A stretch of 64,000 bases of DNA from the human T2T-CHM13v2.0 reference genome, Homo sapiens. The notes beneath the pieces were generated by a model. The model had not been told where the DNA came from and ran no database searches. It worked only from the letters and a program-made list of their open reading frames with translations. Location of the stretch: assembly GCF_009914755.1 (NCBI RefSeq), contig NC_060925.1. One strand, 5' to 3'. Positions 1-22,910 of the stretch are shown here, piece after piece. The translations under genes were made by a program, and so were the position numbers. The first letter of the stretch is position 1. Every line of letters starts with the position of its first letter.

Positions 1-1093
1 TAGCAGAGGTTGGTTCATGTGGTTTAAGGAAAAAGCCATCTCTGTAACATAAAAGTACAAGGTGAAACAGCAAATGCTAATGGAGAAGCTGTAGCAAGTT
101 ACTCAGAAAATCTAGCTAAGATCATTGATAAAGGTGGCTACACCAAATAACAGATTTTCAATGTAGATAAAACAGTCTTCTATTGAAAAAAGATGCCATC
201 TAGGACTTTCCTAGCTAGAGAAGAGATGTCAATGTCTGGCATCAAAGCTTCTCAGGACAGGTTGGCTCTCTTATTAGAGGCCAGTGCAGCTGGTATCTTT
301 AAGTTGAAGCCAATGCTCATTTATCATCCAAAAAATCCTAAGGCCTTAAAATTTATGTTACATCTACTCTGCCTGTGCTCTATAAATGGAAAAACAAAGC
401 CTAAAGGACAACAGATCTGTTTATAGTGTGGGTTACTGAATATTTTAAGCCCACTGTTAAGACCTACTGCTCAGAAAGAAAAAAAAAAACTCTCTTTCAA
501 AGTATTACTCTCATTGACAATGCATGTAGTCACCCCAGAGCTCTGATGGAGATGTACAAGAAGATGAGCGCTGATTTCATGTCTGCTAATACAACATCCA
601 GTCTGCAGTCCATGGAGTAAGGGATAATTTTGATTTCAAGTCTTACTAATTAAGAAATACATTTTATGAGGCTATAGCTGCCATCTCTCCAAATTTTTTT
701 TAAAAGTTCTTCTGTGGGTAAAATGCTATCAAATAATATAACATGCTACAGAGAAATCTTTCATGAAAGGAAGAGTCAACCAATGCAGTAAACATTCTGG
801 TCTCCCTATAAGAAATTGCCACAGTCACCCCACCCTTCAACAACCACCACTCTGGTCAGTCAGCAGCCATCAACATTGAGGCAAGACCCTCCCCACAAGC
901 AAAGATTACAACTTGCTGAAACCTCAGATGATCATTAGCCTTTTTTAGACATAATGCTATTGCACACTTAATAGACTACCAGATAGTCTAAACATAACTG
1001 AAAACCAAACAATTCGTGTGTCTTGCGTTAATGAGATCTAGTTTTATTGTAGTGGTCTGGTTCCGAATCTACCATATCTCCAATGTGTGTCTG
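1..1093 (+). mobile_element. Tigger1 (TcMar-Tigger) DNA transposon, 3' part, decayed, with internal deletion near 685
   Basis: ORF fragments 193-620 resemble pogo/Tigger DDE transposase ([27 protein letters not shown]). Ends in a Tigger1-like terminus (ATATCTCCAATGTGTGTCTG) followed by TA at 1094-1095. Confidence 0.9.
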
Positions 1094-1319
1094 TATCTGA
1101 AACATTAAAAAGTGAGGGAAAACCGTTTTCTGTGTAGTTCCCTCTGCTTTGGTACCCTGCTCTGAAAATTCCAGCCAGCTCAGCTTCCCTAACTTTTGAT
1201 CTCTTTCTCTCTTCAATTCAGTGAAACTTCTGTGCTTTGTCTGTGCTCTTTGCTGAGAAGGATCATACCAATATCCACTATTCTTTATTTTTATTTATTT
1301 TAGTGGATATTCACTATCC

Positions 1320-1484
1320 TTTTTTTTTTTTTTTTTGAGACAGAGTCTCACTCTGTCACCCGGGCTAGAGTGCAGTGGTGCGATCTCTTCTCACTGCAAC
1401 CTTCGCTTCCCGGGTTCAAGTGATTTTCCTGCCTCAGTCTCCTGAGTAGCTGGGATTACAGGCATCTGCCACCATGCCCAGCTA
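1320..1484 (-). mobile_element. Alu right monomer (5'-truncated)
   Basis: Poly(T) followed by GAGACAGAGTCTCACTCTGTCACC...CCACCATGCCCAGCTA; stops at the linker. Confidence 0.9.
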
Positions 1485-1490
1485 CTATTA

Positions 1491-1823
1491 TTCTTTATTT
1501 TTATTTATTTATTTATTTATTTATCTATGTATTTTTTTGAGACAGGGTCTGCTCTGTCACCCAGGCTGGAGTGCAGTGGTGCAATCTCAGTTCACAGCAA
1601 CCTCTGCCCCCCTGGGCTCAAATGATCCTTCTTCCTCAGCCTCTCAATTAGCTAGGATCACAGGCACACACCACCATGCCCGTATAATTTTTGTATTTTG
1701 TTTGGTGGAGACAGGGTTTCAACATGTTGCCCAGGCTGATCTTGAACTACTAAGCTTAAGCAATCCACCCACCTCGGCCTCTCAAACTGCCGGGATTATA
1801 GGCGTGAGCCACTGCTCCTGGCC
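1491..1823 (-). mobile_element. Alu (AluJ-like) with (TTTA)n tail
   Basis: Full dimeric Alu in reverse; GAGACAGGGTCT and GGCTCAAATGATCC are J-type features. Confidence 0.9.
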
Positions 1824-3211
1824 AACCATTATTCATTTTCTACCACATTTGTACAATTTTTTTGGTACATTTCCTTATGATGTTATTTCCTATGCATCTG
1901 ATTTTTTTTTAAAATATGATATTAGTATATGTACAAATGTTTACCTTCTGATGTTTTCATGTAACATATTATAAACACCCCCTCACTGCTATATAGTTTT
2001 CATAACCGTCACTTTACAATTACACTGTAACTAATAAATTACAATGTTCAAATCACTGCCTATACCTTAATTAAGCATCCTTTTTTAGTCCACTTTGCTA
2101 TATTAAATACAAAAGGAAAATATTCATGATTGATGTCCTCCTAAATAATCTCTCTTTATTTCTCTCCTCGCTTCTCTGCAAGTCTTATTGTAGGCTTCAG
2201 CTATATTTTTGATAGTTCTAGGATGCCTCTCTGCCTCTGTGTATGCTACTTCCTTATCTGAAATATCCTAAAATATCCTTTACCTCTTCTCCTTTTGGCT
2301 TCTCTTTTAGAGGAGGCATTCTTTTCTCTAGAAAGTCTTTTTGCAAGACTGCTCTAAGACCTATGTGGTTGGATTAATTATGTGCCCATATCTATCAAAA
2401 CACTTACTCTACAAAACTTCCACTTCCATCATAATGGGATAGCTAGTATTGGACTTGCCCTACTGCCATTAAAAAAAATTAGAAGAATGGACAAAATATA
2501 TGAAACAATTGTTTTCAGAATTTGGACATTAAGCATAACAAATCTCTGACCCCCAAGGAAAGGGAAACAAATGAGAAAAGCCCTATGATTGCCCCATTTC
2601 TTTTACTTGGGGGTACTCTACAGAATATGAAGCAGGGAGAAAGAGCACAGTTGTCTCACTGAATTGAAGGAAGGCTGAAATGGCTGGAATTTTCAGAGTA
2701 GAGTACCAAAGCAGAGGGGGCCACACAGAAAAAGATTTTCAATAAACTGCATGGGAACCGACTGAGTCTGTTGTTGAATACTAAGTTTTGAATACGTAGA
2801 GTAAAACTCCATAAGGCTGGAAAACAGCAGCTGAAGGCCTGCAAGCTGAATGATTCTCAAAACCCACAGAAGAGCGGAGAGATATTCAAGTAACAATAAA
2901 CTAAAGAACAGAGACATTATTGAACACCTACAGCATATGATAGAAACCTGAGAAGGCTCATACCACAGTAGTAAAAGGTTCATACCATAGTAGTAGAATT
3001 CAACTAGTCCTAGAGTAAAGGCTACAAAGTACTGGGTTCACCCCAATAAAACTTAAAACAAGCCTCAAAAGTATCAAGCTGATCTCAAAATAGCTTAGCA
3101 TTCTTTTTAAAAAGACATCAAAATTTACATATAGGAGATCATAAAATCTCAATGTCTAATGTCCAATCAAAATGTCTGGACATAGAAGGAAGGAGGAAAA
3201 GATGACCCATA

Positions 3212-3520
3212 GGCCAGGCGTGATGGCTCACACCTGTAATCCCAGCACTGTGGGAGGCCAAGGCAGGCAACTCCCTTGGGGCCAGGAATTCAAGACTACC
3301 CTGGCCAACATGGTGAAAACCTGTCTCTACTAAAAATACAAAAATTAGCCAGGCGTGGTGGCACATGCCTGTAATCCCAATTACTCAGGAGAACGAAGCA
3401 TGAGAATTACTGGAACCGGGAGACGGAGGTTGCAGTGAGCTGAGATCGCACCACTGCACTCCAACTTGGACAAAGAACGAGACTCTGTCAAAAAAAAAAA
3501 AAAAAAAGGAAAAGAAATAA
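3212..3520 (+). mobile_element. Alu (AluS-like)
   Basis: Dimeric Alu with A tail; TSD AAA(A)G(A/G)TGACCCATA on both sides. Confidence 0.95.
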
Positions 3521-4399
3521 AGGTGACCCATAATCAGGAGAAAAATAAGCTAATATAAATCATCCAGAAATAACAGGTGCAGGCAGGAATTTTAAAGCAG
3601 TTCAAAAATTTAAAGAGAAATACAAACATAATACAGAAAAAAAATTCTAAAAAGAGTAAAATGGAAACTAAAACACAATATTCTAAATAAAAGAATTCAC
3701 TGAATGGGCTTAACAGATTACATACTACAGAAGGAAAGGCAGGTAAACTTGAAGACATAGTCAACTGAAATACACCCAAAGTGAAGCTCAGAGAGGAAAA
3801 AGAACAAAAGATAATGAACAATTACAATGGCTTGTGGATAATATCAAGCAGTGTAACATGCATGTAATTCAAATCTCAGTGGAGTAGAGAAATAATGGTT
3901 GGAAAAGTTTAAAATTTTTTGAAAACTATAAACCCACAGATCCAAGAAGTTCAACAAATATCAAGCCCAATAAATACACACATATATACACACACACAAG
4001 CACATGGCCCAAACCAAGGCACATAATAAACACATTGCCGAACAGAAGTGTATAAACAAAGTCTAAATGCAGCAGGAAAAAAAACAGACATATTACACAC
4101 AGGGCCATTTTCATAAACAATGCAAGCCAGAAAAAAATGTAACAACATAAAGTATTGAAATGGGACAGAAACTGTCAATCTGGAACTATATACCCAGAAA
4201 AAATATCCTTTAAAAGTGAAAGTATCATAAAATAAAATTTAGAAAATAGAAACAAATTTCTAAAATGCTGGCAGATTAGATATTCATAAAATAAAATTTA
4301 AAAAATAAAAATAAATAAAAGTTAAGGTAAAATATAGATTCAGACAAATAAAAGCTGAGAAAGTTTATTGCCAATAGACCTGCACAACAAGAAATGTTA

Positions 4400-4835
<436 letters not shown>

Positions 4836-4899
4836 TGTTACAGGAAGTTCTTCTGACTAAAGGAAAATCACACAAGGTAGAAATTGGATCATGGATCAT

Positions 4900-5660
4900 C
4901 TGTAATACAAGGTGGTGGCCCAGTTGCCAAAACTGTCACCAGTGGTAACTTGAGAGGATGTTCTGGTGAAGGGGGGGTGCCTCGGTTGGTGTAATAATTC
5001 AGGCATGGGGAAGGAGGCAATGCATGTGAGACCACTGGCTTGTTAATAAGTTATATTTACACTTCATAGAGGGATATATATATAATGAAAAGCTGAAGGC
5101 AAAATTAATTGTGACGGCAAGAGAGCCTTGTTAGAAAGAGGCTCTTATCTCCTGTAGTGAGTAGCAGAAAAAGCTGAAAACCAGATTCAAGATTGAATAG
5201 TTAGAATTGCCCAGCTCAAAAACACTTAACCAAAGAAGTCTGTTATGCTAATGTCAGAATCTTGGTTGGGAAAAATCTGGGATTCTGAAACATGGGATGG
5301 AGAAATCTGGTTGAGTGCCTCTGAAGATTTGTGTTACCTAGCCTTAGCTAAACCTTTAGAACCGCAGAAGTGGCCTGCCTCTCCTTACTAAGAGCTAGCA
5401 CTCTCTGTGGGAGACTTGTCCTCTACAGTGCTACTGGGCCTGAACATCAAAGTCAATAGCTATGTGGAGTGACAGCATAATGTAGCTGGGTTTATGCTGA
5501 CCCTGAGAAGGGAAGATAGGGTCACTGCTCTAAATGAGCAGGAAGAATTAGCATTTTCCAGATAGAACTAGGGGCGTACTTGTGGCCAGGCTATGGTGCC
5601 TAGATATTTCGTCAAATACCAGTCTACATGTTGCTGTGAAAGTATTTTTAGATATGACCA
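4900..5660 (+). mobile_element. ERVL/MaLR internal fragment followed by a fragment of an MLT2-like LTR (~5580-5660)
   Basis: Resembles remembered ERVL-int (TTGGTTGGGAAAAATCTGGGATTCTGAAACATGGGATGG) and MLT2 LTR (GGCTATGGTGCC...CCAGTCTA.ATGTTGCTGTGAA.GTATTTT) consensus text. Confidence 0.55.
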
Positions 5661-5661
5661 A

Positions 5662-5960
5662 CTTTTTATTTATTTATTTATTTTGAGACAGTCTCACTCC
5701 ATCATCCAGGCTAGAGTACAGTGGCACAATCTTGGCCCACTGAAGCCTCCACCTCCCAGGTTCAAGCAATTCTCATGCCTCAGCCTCCCAAGTAGCTAAG
5801 ATTACAGGCATGTGCCATGCCTGGATAATTTTTGTATTTTTAGTAGAGACGGAGTTTTGCCATGTTGGCCAGGCTGGTCTCGAACTCCTGACCCTCAAGT
5901 GATTTGCCCGCCTCAGCCTCCCAAAGTGCTGGGATTACAGGGGTGAGCCACCATGCCTGG
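5662..5960 (-). mobile_element. Alu (AluS-like)
   Basis: Full reverse Alu with T-rich tail at left. Confidence 0.95.
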
Positions 5961-5983
5961 AAATTTTTTTTTTTTTTTTTTTG

Positions 5984-11738
<5,755 letters not shown>

Positions 11739-12094
11739 GAGCCTTGGAAGTGTAATTGCTAAGTCAAATAACTAATATATATGTATAATTTTGCTAGATA
11801 TTAACTGGTAGTCATTCTTGTAAACCTATTTCTTCTCTTTAATTTGTCATCTTCCTTCAAGGAACCTCTAGATATTAAGTCAAACAACTCAAACATTTGG
11901 AGATTACCTCCAACCTTCCTCTTATTCCCTGCCACCATCAAAATAGACATACAATTAAAGTAATTTTACCTTGTAGGAATGTTTCAAATTCAGTTCTGAC
12001 TTTTAATCCCTGAAGCCGCTGCTTTAATTCAAAGTCCTGTGAACTCTTTGGACATGCTCTTACACATATTATTTGTATCTTAGAATATAGGAGA

Positions 12095-12441
<347 letters not shown>

Positions 12442-13027
12442 CTAATTGGAAGACTGAAGAGGCACTAACTAGAGAAAAGGCATTCTAGGCAGAGGAAAAG
12501 GCATTTCCTAAGATACTGTGGTAGGAATGTGCATGGAAAGGAAATAAAAGAAAGTCAATGTGTTGAAAACACAAAGAGCAAAAGAAAATCAGTTGGAGAG
12601 CAAGAATCAGTTGGTAGCAAACAGGCAGGGTTTATAGGCTATGTTAAGGATTTCTTATTTTATTCTAAAATATATAGAAACCATTTAAGGAGTTTAAGCA
12701 ACTGGGTGAAATAATGAGATTTGGGGATTGGAAACATCATTCTAGCTGCTGGATGAACAAAAATTGGAGTAGTCCAGGCAAGAGATACTGACATACTCTG
12801 GTGGCAGTGGTTGTGGCAAAGTAGAAAGATTGAGTAAATATTTTTAATAGATTTAATATATGTAAAAAGATAGAACCTAGCGATGGATTGTTTAAGGGAG
12901 TGTTTCCCTTAATCATGTTTTTTCTTTTATGAGTTGATGGACAGTGATTCCAATCACTAAAACAGGAAAAACTGAAAGACAGCCAGGTTGGGGCAGAGTT
13001 GGTGTGGGGCAGGGGTGGAAATAGTGA

Positions 13028-13704
<677 letters not shown>

Positions 13705-13719
13705 GAGTTGGCTTTTTAA

Positions 13720-13945
13720 TGTTTTGTTGTTCTGTTTTTTTTAATCTTTTGAGATAGGGTCTCACTCTGTCACCCTGGCTGGAGTGCAGTGGTGTGATCA
13801 CGGCTCACTGCAGCCCTGACTTCCCAGGCTCAAGCGATCCTCCCACCTCAGCCTCTGGTGTAGCTAGGATTACAGGCACGTGCCACCACGCCCAGCTAAT
13901 TTTTTTATTTTTGTAGAGACAGGGTCTCCCTATGTTGCCCGGGCT
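13720..13945 (-). mobile_element. 5'-truncated AluJ-like element
   Basis: Right arm, linker and part of the left arm; flanked by GAGTTGGCTTTTTA. Confidence 0.88.
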
Positions 13946-15087
13946 GAGTTGGCTTTTTAGACATGCTGAGACTGAGGTGCATTTGATATTCAAAGATATG
14001 TTAGTAAGCACTACATGGAAATAAAGTTCAGGGGAGAGGTCTCGGTTGTTGCTATACATTTGTGAGTCATCTGCAAATGGTGTAATTTGAGTCATGGGTG
14101 TATATGAGAATGCCTAAGTATGTAATGAGGACAGGAGAGGTCTAGACCAAGCCTACAGGACTGACAACAGAAGCAACAGAAAGAAAAGGAGGAGCACACA
14201 AAGGAGATGGAGAAATAACAGCACGTGAGCAGGGTTAAAAGGAAGGCATGGAAAGGGCCTATACAAAGGAAAGAATGTTTCATTGTGTTGATTGCTGCTT
14301 GAGGCTGAGTTAAAATGAAGCCATAAAAAATGATCATTAGATTGAGCAACAGAGAAGTCATTAGTGACTTCAATAAGGGCAGTTTCACTGAAGTGATGGA
14401 GGCAGAAGCCTAATTAAAGTGGGTTGAGGAGTAAATAGAAGGTAAGAACATGGATTACAGCTTTTCCTTCAGAGAAGCTTAACTGGGATAGGAAATACAG
14501 AAGTGTAGAAATAGCTGGAGGAGAATGTGAGATGAAGGGAGGTCTTTTAAAGATGAGAGAATATTTTGAATACAGATGGGAACAATTCAGTGAAGTGAGA
14601 GGGTGGAAGAAAAAGTGGAAAACAACAAGGAACTAACCCCCTGAGGAGAGCAAAGGGAATTAGATCTATATTGAAGAACTGGCCAACCGTAGGAGAAAGA
14701 ACCCATCATCAGATGAAACAGGAAAGAAGGAAGAGGTGAGGGCAGATGCAGATGGGTTCATGGATCTAATGATAAGATTATGAAACTGTGCCCATCTGAT
14801 GGTTTCTACTTTCTCAATTTAATTTGAAGAGAGGTTGTCAGTTGAAAGTAATAGGCATGGAGATAGATATTCTATGAAACAGATATCTCCATGAATAGGA
14901 AAGTGAGCTTATAGGAGAAATGTGGTATGATGGTTGGACAGTGCTGACAGCTCATTTTACTTGCCAATTGGCAATATGATTGTTCTTGTGTACTTAACTT
15001 CCTGTGTTGTAAATTAATCCAAATTGATCTCCGTAAGAGATTGGTCTGAAATAACCAAATGATGGTTTCAGTTCTCCACTTCACTTA

Positions 15088-15560
15088 TGTCTTAGCTGAG
15101 ATCTTCCAAAAGCAGGTCTGAAGCAGTGAGTTTATATTCTTTTATTTTATTAGGGAGTACAATCCCATGGAAGAAGAGTTAAGGACAAAGACAGTGAAAG
15201 AAGGAAGGAGGAAGAGTCAGAGTGAGGATGTCATGTGTGAGTTGCTGCCAAGTGCCGTGCTCCTAAGAATCAGAATACACTGTATCTCAGGACTGCCCAC
15301 TTAGTGGGGGAGGCAGTAGAAAAGAGGAAGATGTTATCCACTAGCTGTGATCTCTAACATCATAAGTTCACCTGTTGGGCTTCCAGGTTGCCCATGTCTG
15401 GATGCCCGCCCCTAGTAGTGCCTAGAAGGGGCTGCAAGGCAAAGGAAGCCCTGAGATGGGAGGAGACAGGTGTAAGGAAGAGCCAGCAGAAAAGTTCTTT
15501 TAACTTAGGCCTTCAAAGAGACAAAGAACGTCTACGTCCAAAGAAACATCTGATACAATT
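15088..15560. mobile_element. Old ERVL-type solo LTR (LTR16/LTR33-like), uncertain
   Basis: Starts TGTCTTAGCTGAGATCTTCCAAAAGCAG, similar to remembered ERVL LTR termini; highly diverged. Confidence 0.35.
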
Positions 15561-15786
15561 TACAACTAGGAATATGGCTTACCTGATTTGACTAAAGCCA
15601 AGTAATACTTTAGAAACACAGACAAAATGAAAATCAGCTCATCTATTTCTAAAGTAATTAACAGATGTCTCCTTATCTGGCTGGTGAGCTGATCAGAGAT
15701 TTTAAAGATATTTTCTACATAACAGGAGAATTTCAAATTTTATTTGGACAGACATGCAGGAAACAATTTTAAAATTATTATCTTAG

Positions 15787-16146
<360 letters not shown>

Positions 16147-16221
16147 TTTTTTTTGTTTTTAAATCATAAAGTGCTCCCGTTCTGCTATCTAGTGCTCACT
16201 AGTTTATCAGGAGAAATTTTC

Positions 16222-16432
<211 letters not shown>

Positions 16433-16449
16433 ATTGCTTTATCTGTTTA

Positions 16450-16665
16450 TCAATAACATCACTACCAACATTTTGTGGCAGGACAATTGCTAGTTAAGAG
16501 GGACTGCTCCAGGCATTGCAGGGTATTTATGTCCCTGCCCTTCACTCCCCTTAAACTCAGTCTCCTCATTAAATAGCAACAACCACTCACAGTTATTGTG
16601 GGGACTGAAAACACTCCTGCACATTTTTAAGTGTGCCCCATGACCCCAACCATTGGGAACCACTG
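16450..16665. mobile_element. MER20-like hAT-Charlie fossil
   Basis: Diverged MER20-like text ending GGGAACCACTG. Confidence 0.55.
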
Positions 16666-16826
16666 CAGGAGGGGTTGACAGCCTCTACTTTACAGATGGG
16701 ACACTAGGGCTTAGAAGCTCAGTAACAAGGTCATATTACAGATCAGCAGTAGAGCACGAACTCATAAACATAAGTTATTTTCTAATGCCCTTTTCCTCTC
16801 TACAAAGGATCTTTAAGAAACACTAG

Positions 16827-17123
16827 GGACTGGCCACAGTGGCTCACACCTGTACTCCTAGCAGTTTGGGAGGCCAAGGCAGGAGGATCGCTTGAGCCAG
16901 GTGTTTGAGACAAGCCTGGGTAACATAAGGAGAACTCATCCCTATAACAAAATTTAAAAATTAACCGGGCATGGTGGTGCATGCCTGTGGTCTCAGCTAC
17001 TCAGGAGACTAAGGTGGGAGAATTCTTTGAGCTGGGGAGGTCGAGGCTGCAGTGAGCTGTGATCGCACCATGGCATTCCAGCCTAGGTGACAGAGTGAGA
17101 CCCTGTCTCAAGAACAAAAAAAA
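16827..17123 (+). mobile_element. Alu (AluJ-like)
   Basis: Dimeric Alu; GGAGGATCGCTTGAGCC and GTCGAGGCTGCAGTGAGCTGTGATC. Confidence 0.93.
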
Positions 17124-17908
17124 GGAACTGTAGCTCTCTTAGTGGATTTGTAATATGACACAATTTATACAGATTCTATTTTCACATAGCTTTATTTAAT
17201 AAAGTGAGGGTCACTTGTGAAATCATCATAGTAACAAAGATAGCTAAATAATAGATCAGAGAAAAGTCACAAAATACAAAAATCATTAAGGGATTAAAAA
17301 AAGAGATTGAGAAAGAGACTGTAGGAGGAAATTTTAAATAAACTAGGTTTATTCAGACTGAAAATTGGAATGAGGATTTGAGGATGGCCTTCTAGCACAT
17401 GAAGGATTTTCACACATGGAATGGTATGTATAAGTGACATACTATACTAGTTTGAGATGCTTGCATTGGGATAATGTATGCACAGTGCTTGAAAGCTTAC
17501 CAAGCACTTTCTTTTTAAAATTTTTCTATTTTTTAAGTTTCTTTTTCCTGACCTATACCAGTTGGTTCACAACCAAGCACTTTCGTATGCATTATCTTAT
17601 TTAAATAATTTTGTAGCATCGAGTGGAGTTAAAAATGTAACTTTTATATGCATCTTGTTATGTATATATGTTAAAGAATAGAGAAAATACAAACATTATT
17701 GATAAAGATAAGAGACAGGATTTTTGAATACAAATATTTCCAATGATCCAGGTTTTAATTATATAGAAGATGGGAGTTCGTATAGGTACATTCCCTGTTA
17801 CCTAACATCTAGGTAATGTAGATAATTGCTGAATTTCATTGAAGGTATGTATTATAAGATGTAGCTGAACAAATGAACAAAACATCAATCAAAGTGAAAT
17901 CAAGTTTA

Positions 17909-18210
<302 letters not shown>

Positions 18211-18914
18211 TCAAGTTCAAAGAGTAAGTATGTATGTATGACAAACTGCAAATTTTTAAAAAACAGTGAAGCTGGAACACAGGATTATAGGGAATACATG
18301 AAGCACAAGGAAAAGACAGGACAAAGAGGATGAGATAAGAGAAACGTCTGGAAAAAAGAGAATTTTGAGAACAAAACTATGTATAAGCTGCAAGCCTCTA
18401 ATTCATTATTCATGAGGAATTGTCCATTTCATTACCTGTACATGTTAGCTTACATAACTAGGAATGGGTACTTAATGTAAGACATGAAAAGGATTGACTA
18501 TGTAATTAATATTATTCACATTCATTCAATGTAGTACTTAACATTATCTAATCTACTTTTAAATTAAGATATCTACTGTGATGGTGCCATTATACCTTCC
18601 TCTGTGAGATTGTTCATGCAACAAATAGAGTACCAGCCATGGGCTCCGCACTATTTTAGGCACTGGGGATACAGTAGAGAACAAAATAAATATATTCTTG
18701 TCTTCATGGATATTATTTTCTTGTATGTGTATAGAGGAGTGGGAGAGGAGATAGACAAAGATTTTAAAAAGTGCAGCATGTAGGTGGTGATAAGTGTTAG
18801 TAAACATTAGCTACTAAATACCACATACTAGAAAATAAAGCAGAAACAGACTATAGGGATTGTTGGGACATTAATGAAAAAGTAGTATTTGTTGCTTTGG
18901 ATAAAACATCAGGT

Positions 18915-19233
<319 letters not shown>

Positions 19234-19317
19234 CTACATATAAGTCCCTTGTCAATTTTTATTTAAAAATATATTTAATACAATATGCACAGAAAAGAGA
19301 ATTAAAGGAAATATATC

Positions 19318-21720
<2,403 letters not shown>

Positions 21721-22159
21721 ATATCTAAATATTAAAGTTATTATCTTTTCTGGATGATGAAACTAGGAGTGGTTTTTAAAAATGTTTTGCTTTATACTTT
21801 GCTATTTGTGTTAGGTTTCCTATTATTAGCATGTGTTACTTTTATAAATCAGAAACAATAATATTTTTTAGTTACTTTTCTAAATACATGTTCCGTATCT
21901 CCACTAAATGGAATGATTTGAGGTCCAACATAATATATTTGGGTTAGATGTATGAAAGAATCATTTTCTAAAGTGATAAAACTTTCCCAAAATGCCCTAT
22001 AGTATCTCTCTTCATCATTACATTTCTTTCTATTAAAATGTGATTAGTTTTTCAGGTTCTGGACCAAATCCCCTGATTTTTCTTCTCTCATTCACTTACT
22101 GCTTAAACTACTCATAAAACAGTTACAGTAATTTTCTTGTACTTAATAGCCTCCTCTTG

Positions 22160-22910
22160 AGAGGCAGTGAGGTATGGTGATTAAGAAAACAAGTTTCAGA
22201 GACAGGCACCTAGGTTTGAATTCTACCTTGCTACTCACTATTTGTGTGACTTCGGCCAAGTTAACTTTCTGTGCTTCTGCTTCCCCATTCAGAAAACATG
22301 ATGCCTACAATTCCTTTCTCATGCATTATTGTGAGGATATGTGAGTTCATCCATTTATAGTGCTCAGAACAGTCATTGGTATATATCAAATGTTAGTCAT
22401 TATTATTCTAAATGTAATCTTCTAGAAGGCAGGAACATCATTTGTTTTTTCTCTATATTCTTAGCTACAACTAAGCACAGTGCTAGAAAATGTATCCTAT
22501 CAATTTATACCTCTAGGACCCAACATATGTAGGGAACAGTGATATTTGGGGTGGGGGTGGAGAACAAAATGTCAAGCAGTTTTATAGGTTATCTTTGTAA
22601 TTCACTTTCCATCATTCTTTGAGGTAGATGGGAGATATGAAAGCTAAGGTTCTGAGAATTTAAACATCTTGCCCAAGATGAAATGCAAATTAAATTCATG
22701 TCTGTTTGACTGTTTTCATTGTATTACGTGTTGGAAATAAACAGGAATAAATGGATCAGTAAATCTGAGAAAGATCTGGAATTGTCTTTGGAGCTCCTCC
22801 AAAATAAATTGTCTTTATTTACCACTGTATCCCCAAAATTTAGCACAGTGCCTACTTCACGGGAAGAACTCAATAAATATTTATTGCGAAATGACTGAAT
22901 AAATAAAGAA
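22160..22910. mobile_element. MIR and L2 3'-end fragments
   Basis: MIR core (GGTTTGAATTCT...TGTGACTT.GGCCAAGTT) and L2 tail (AGCACAGTGCCT...CTCAATAAATATTT). Confidence 0.65.

Noticed and set aside
193-620. Domesticated TIGD1-like transposase gene
   Set aside because: Frameshifted, internally deleted Tigger1 fossil.
1474-1974. 166-aa ORF and many similar 60-143-aa ORFs across the window
   Set aside because: Translations of Alu sequence ([14 protein letters not shown] and [11 protein letters not shown] motifs).
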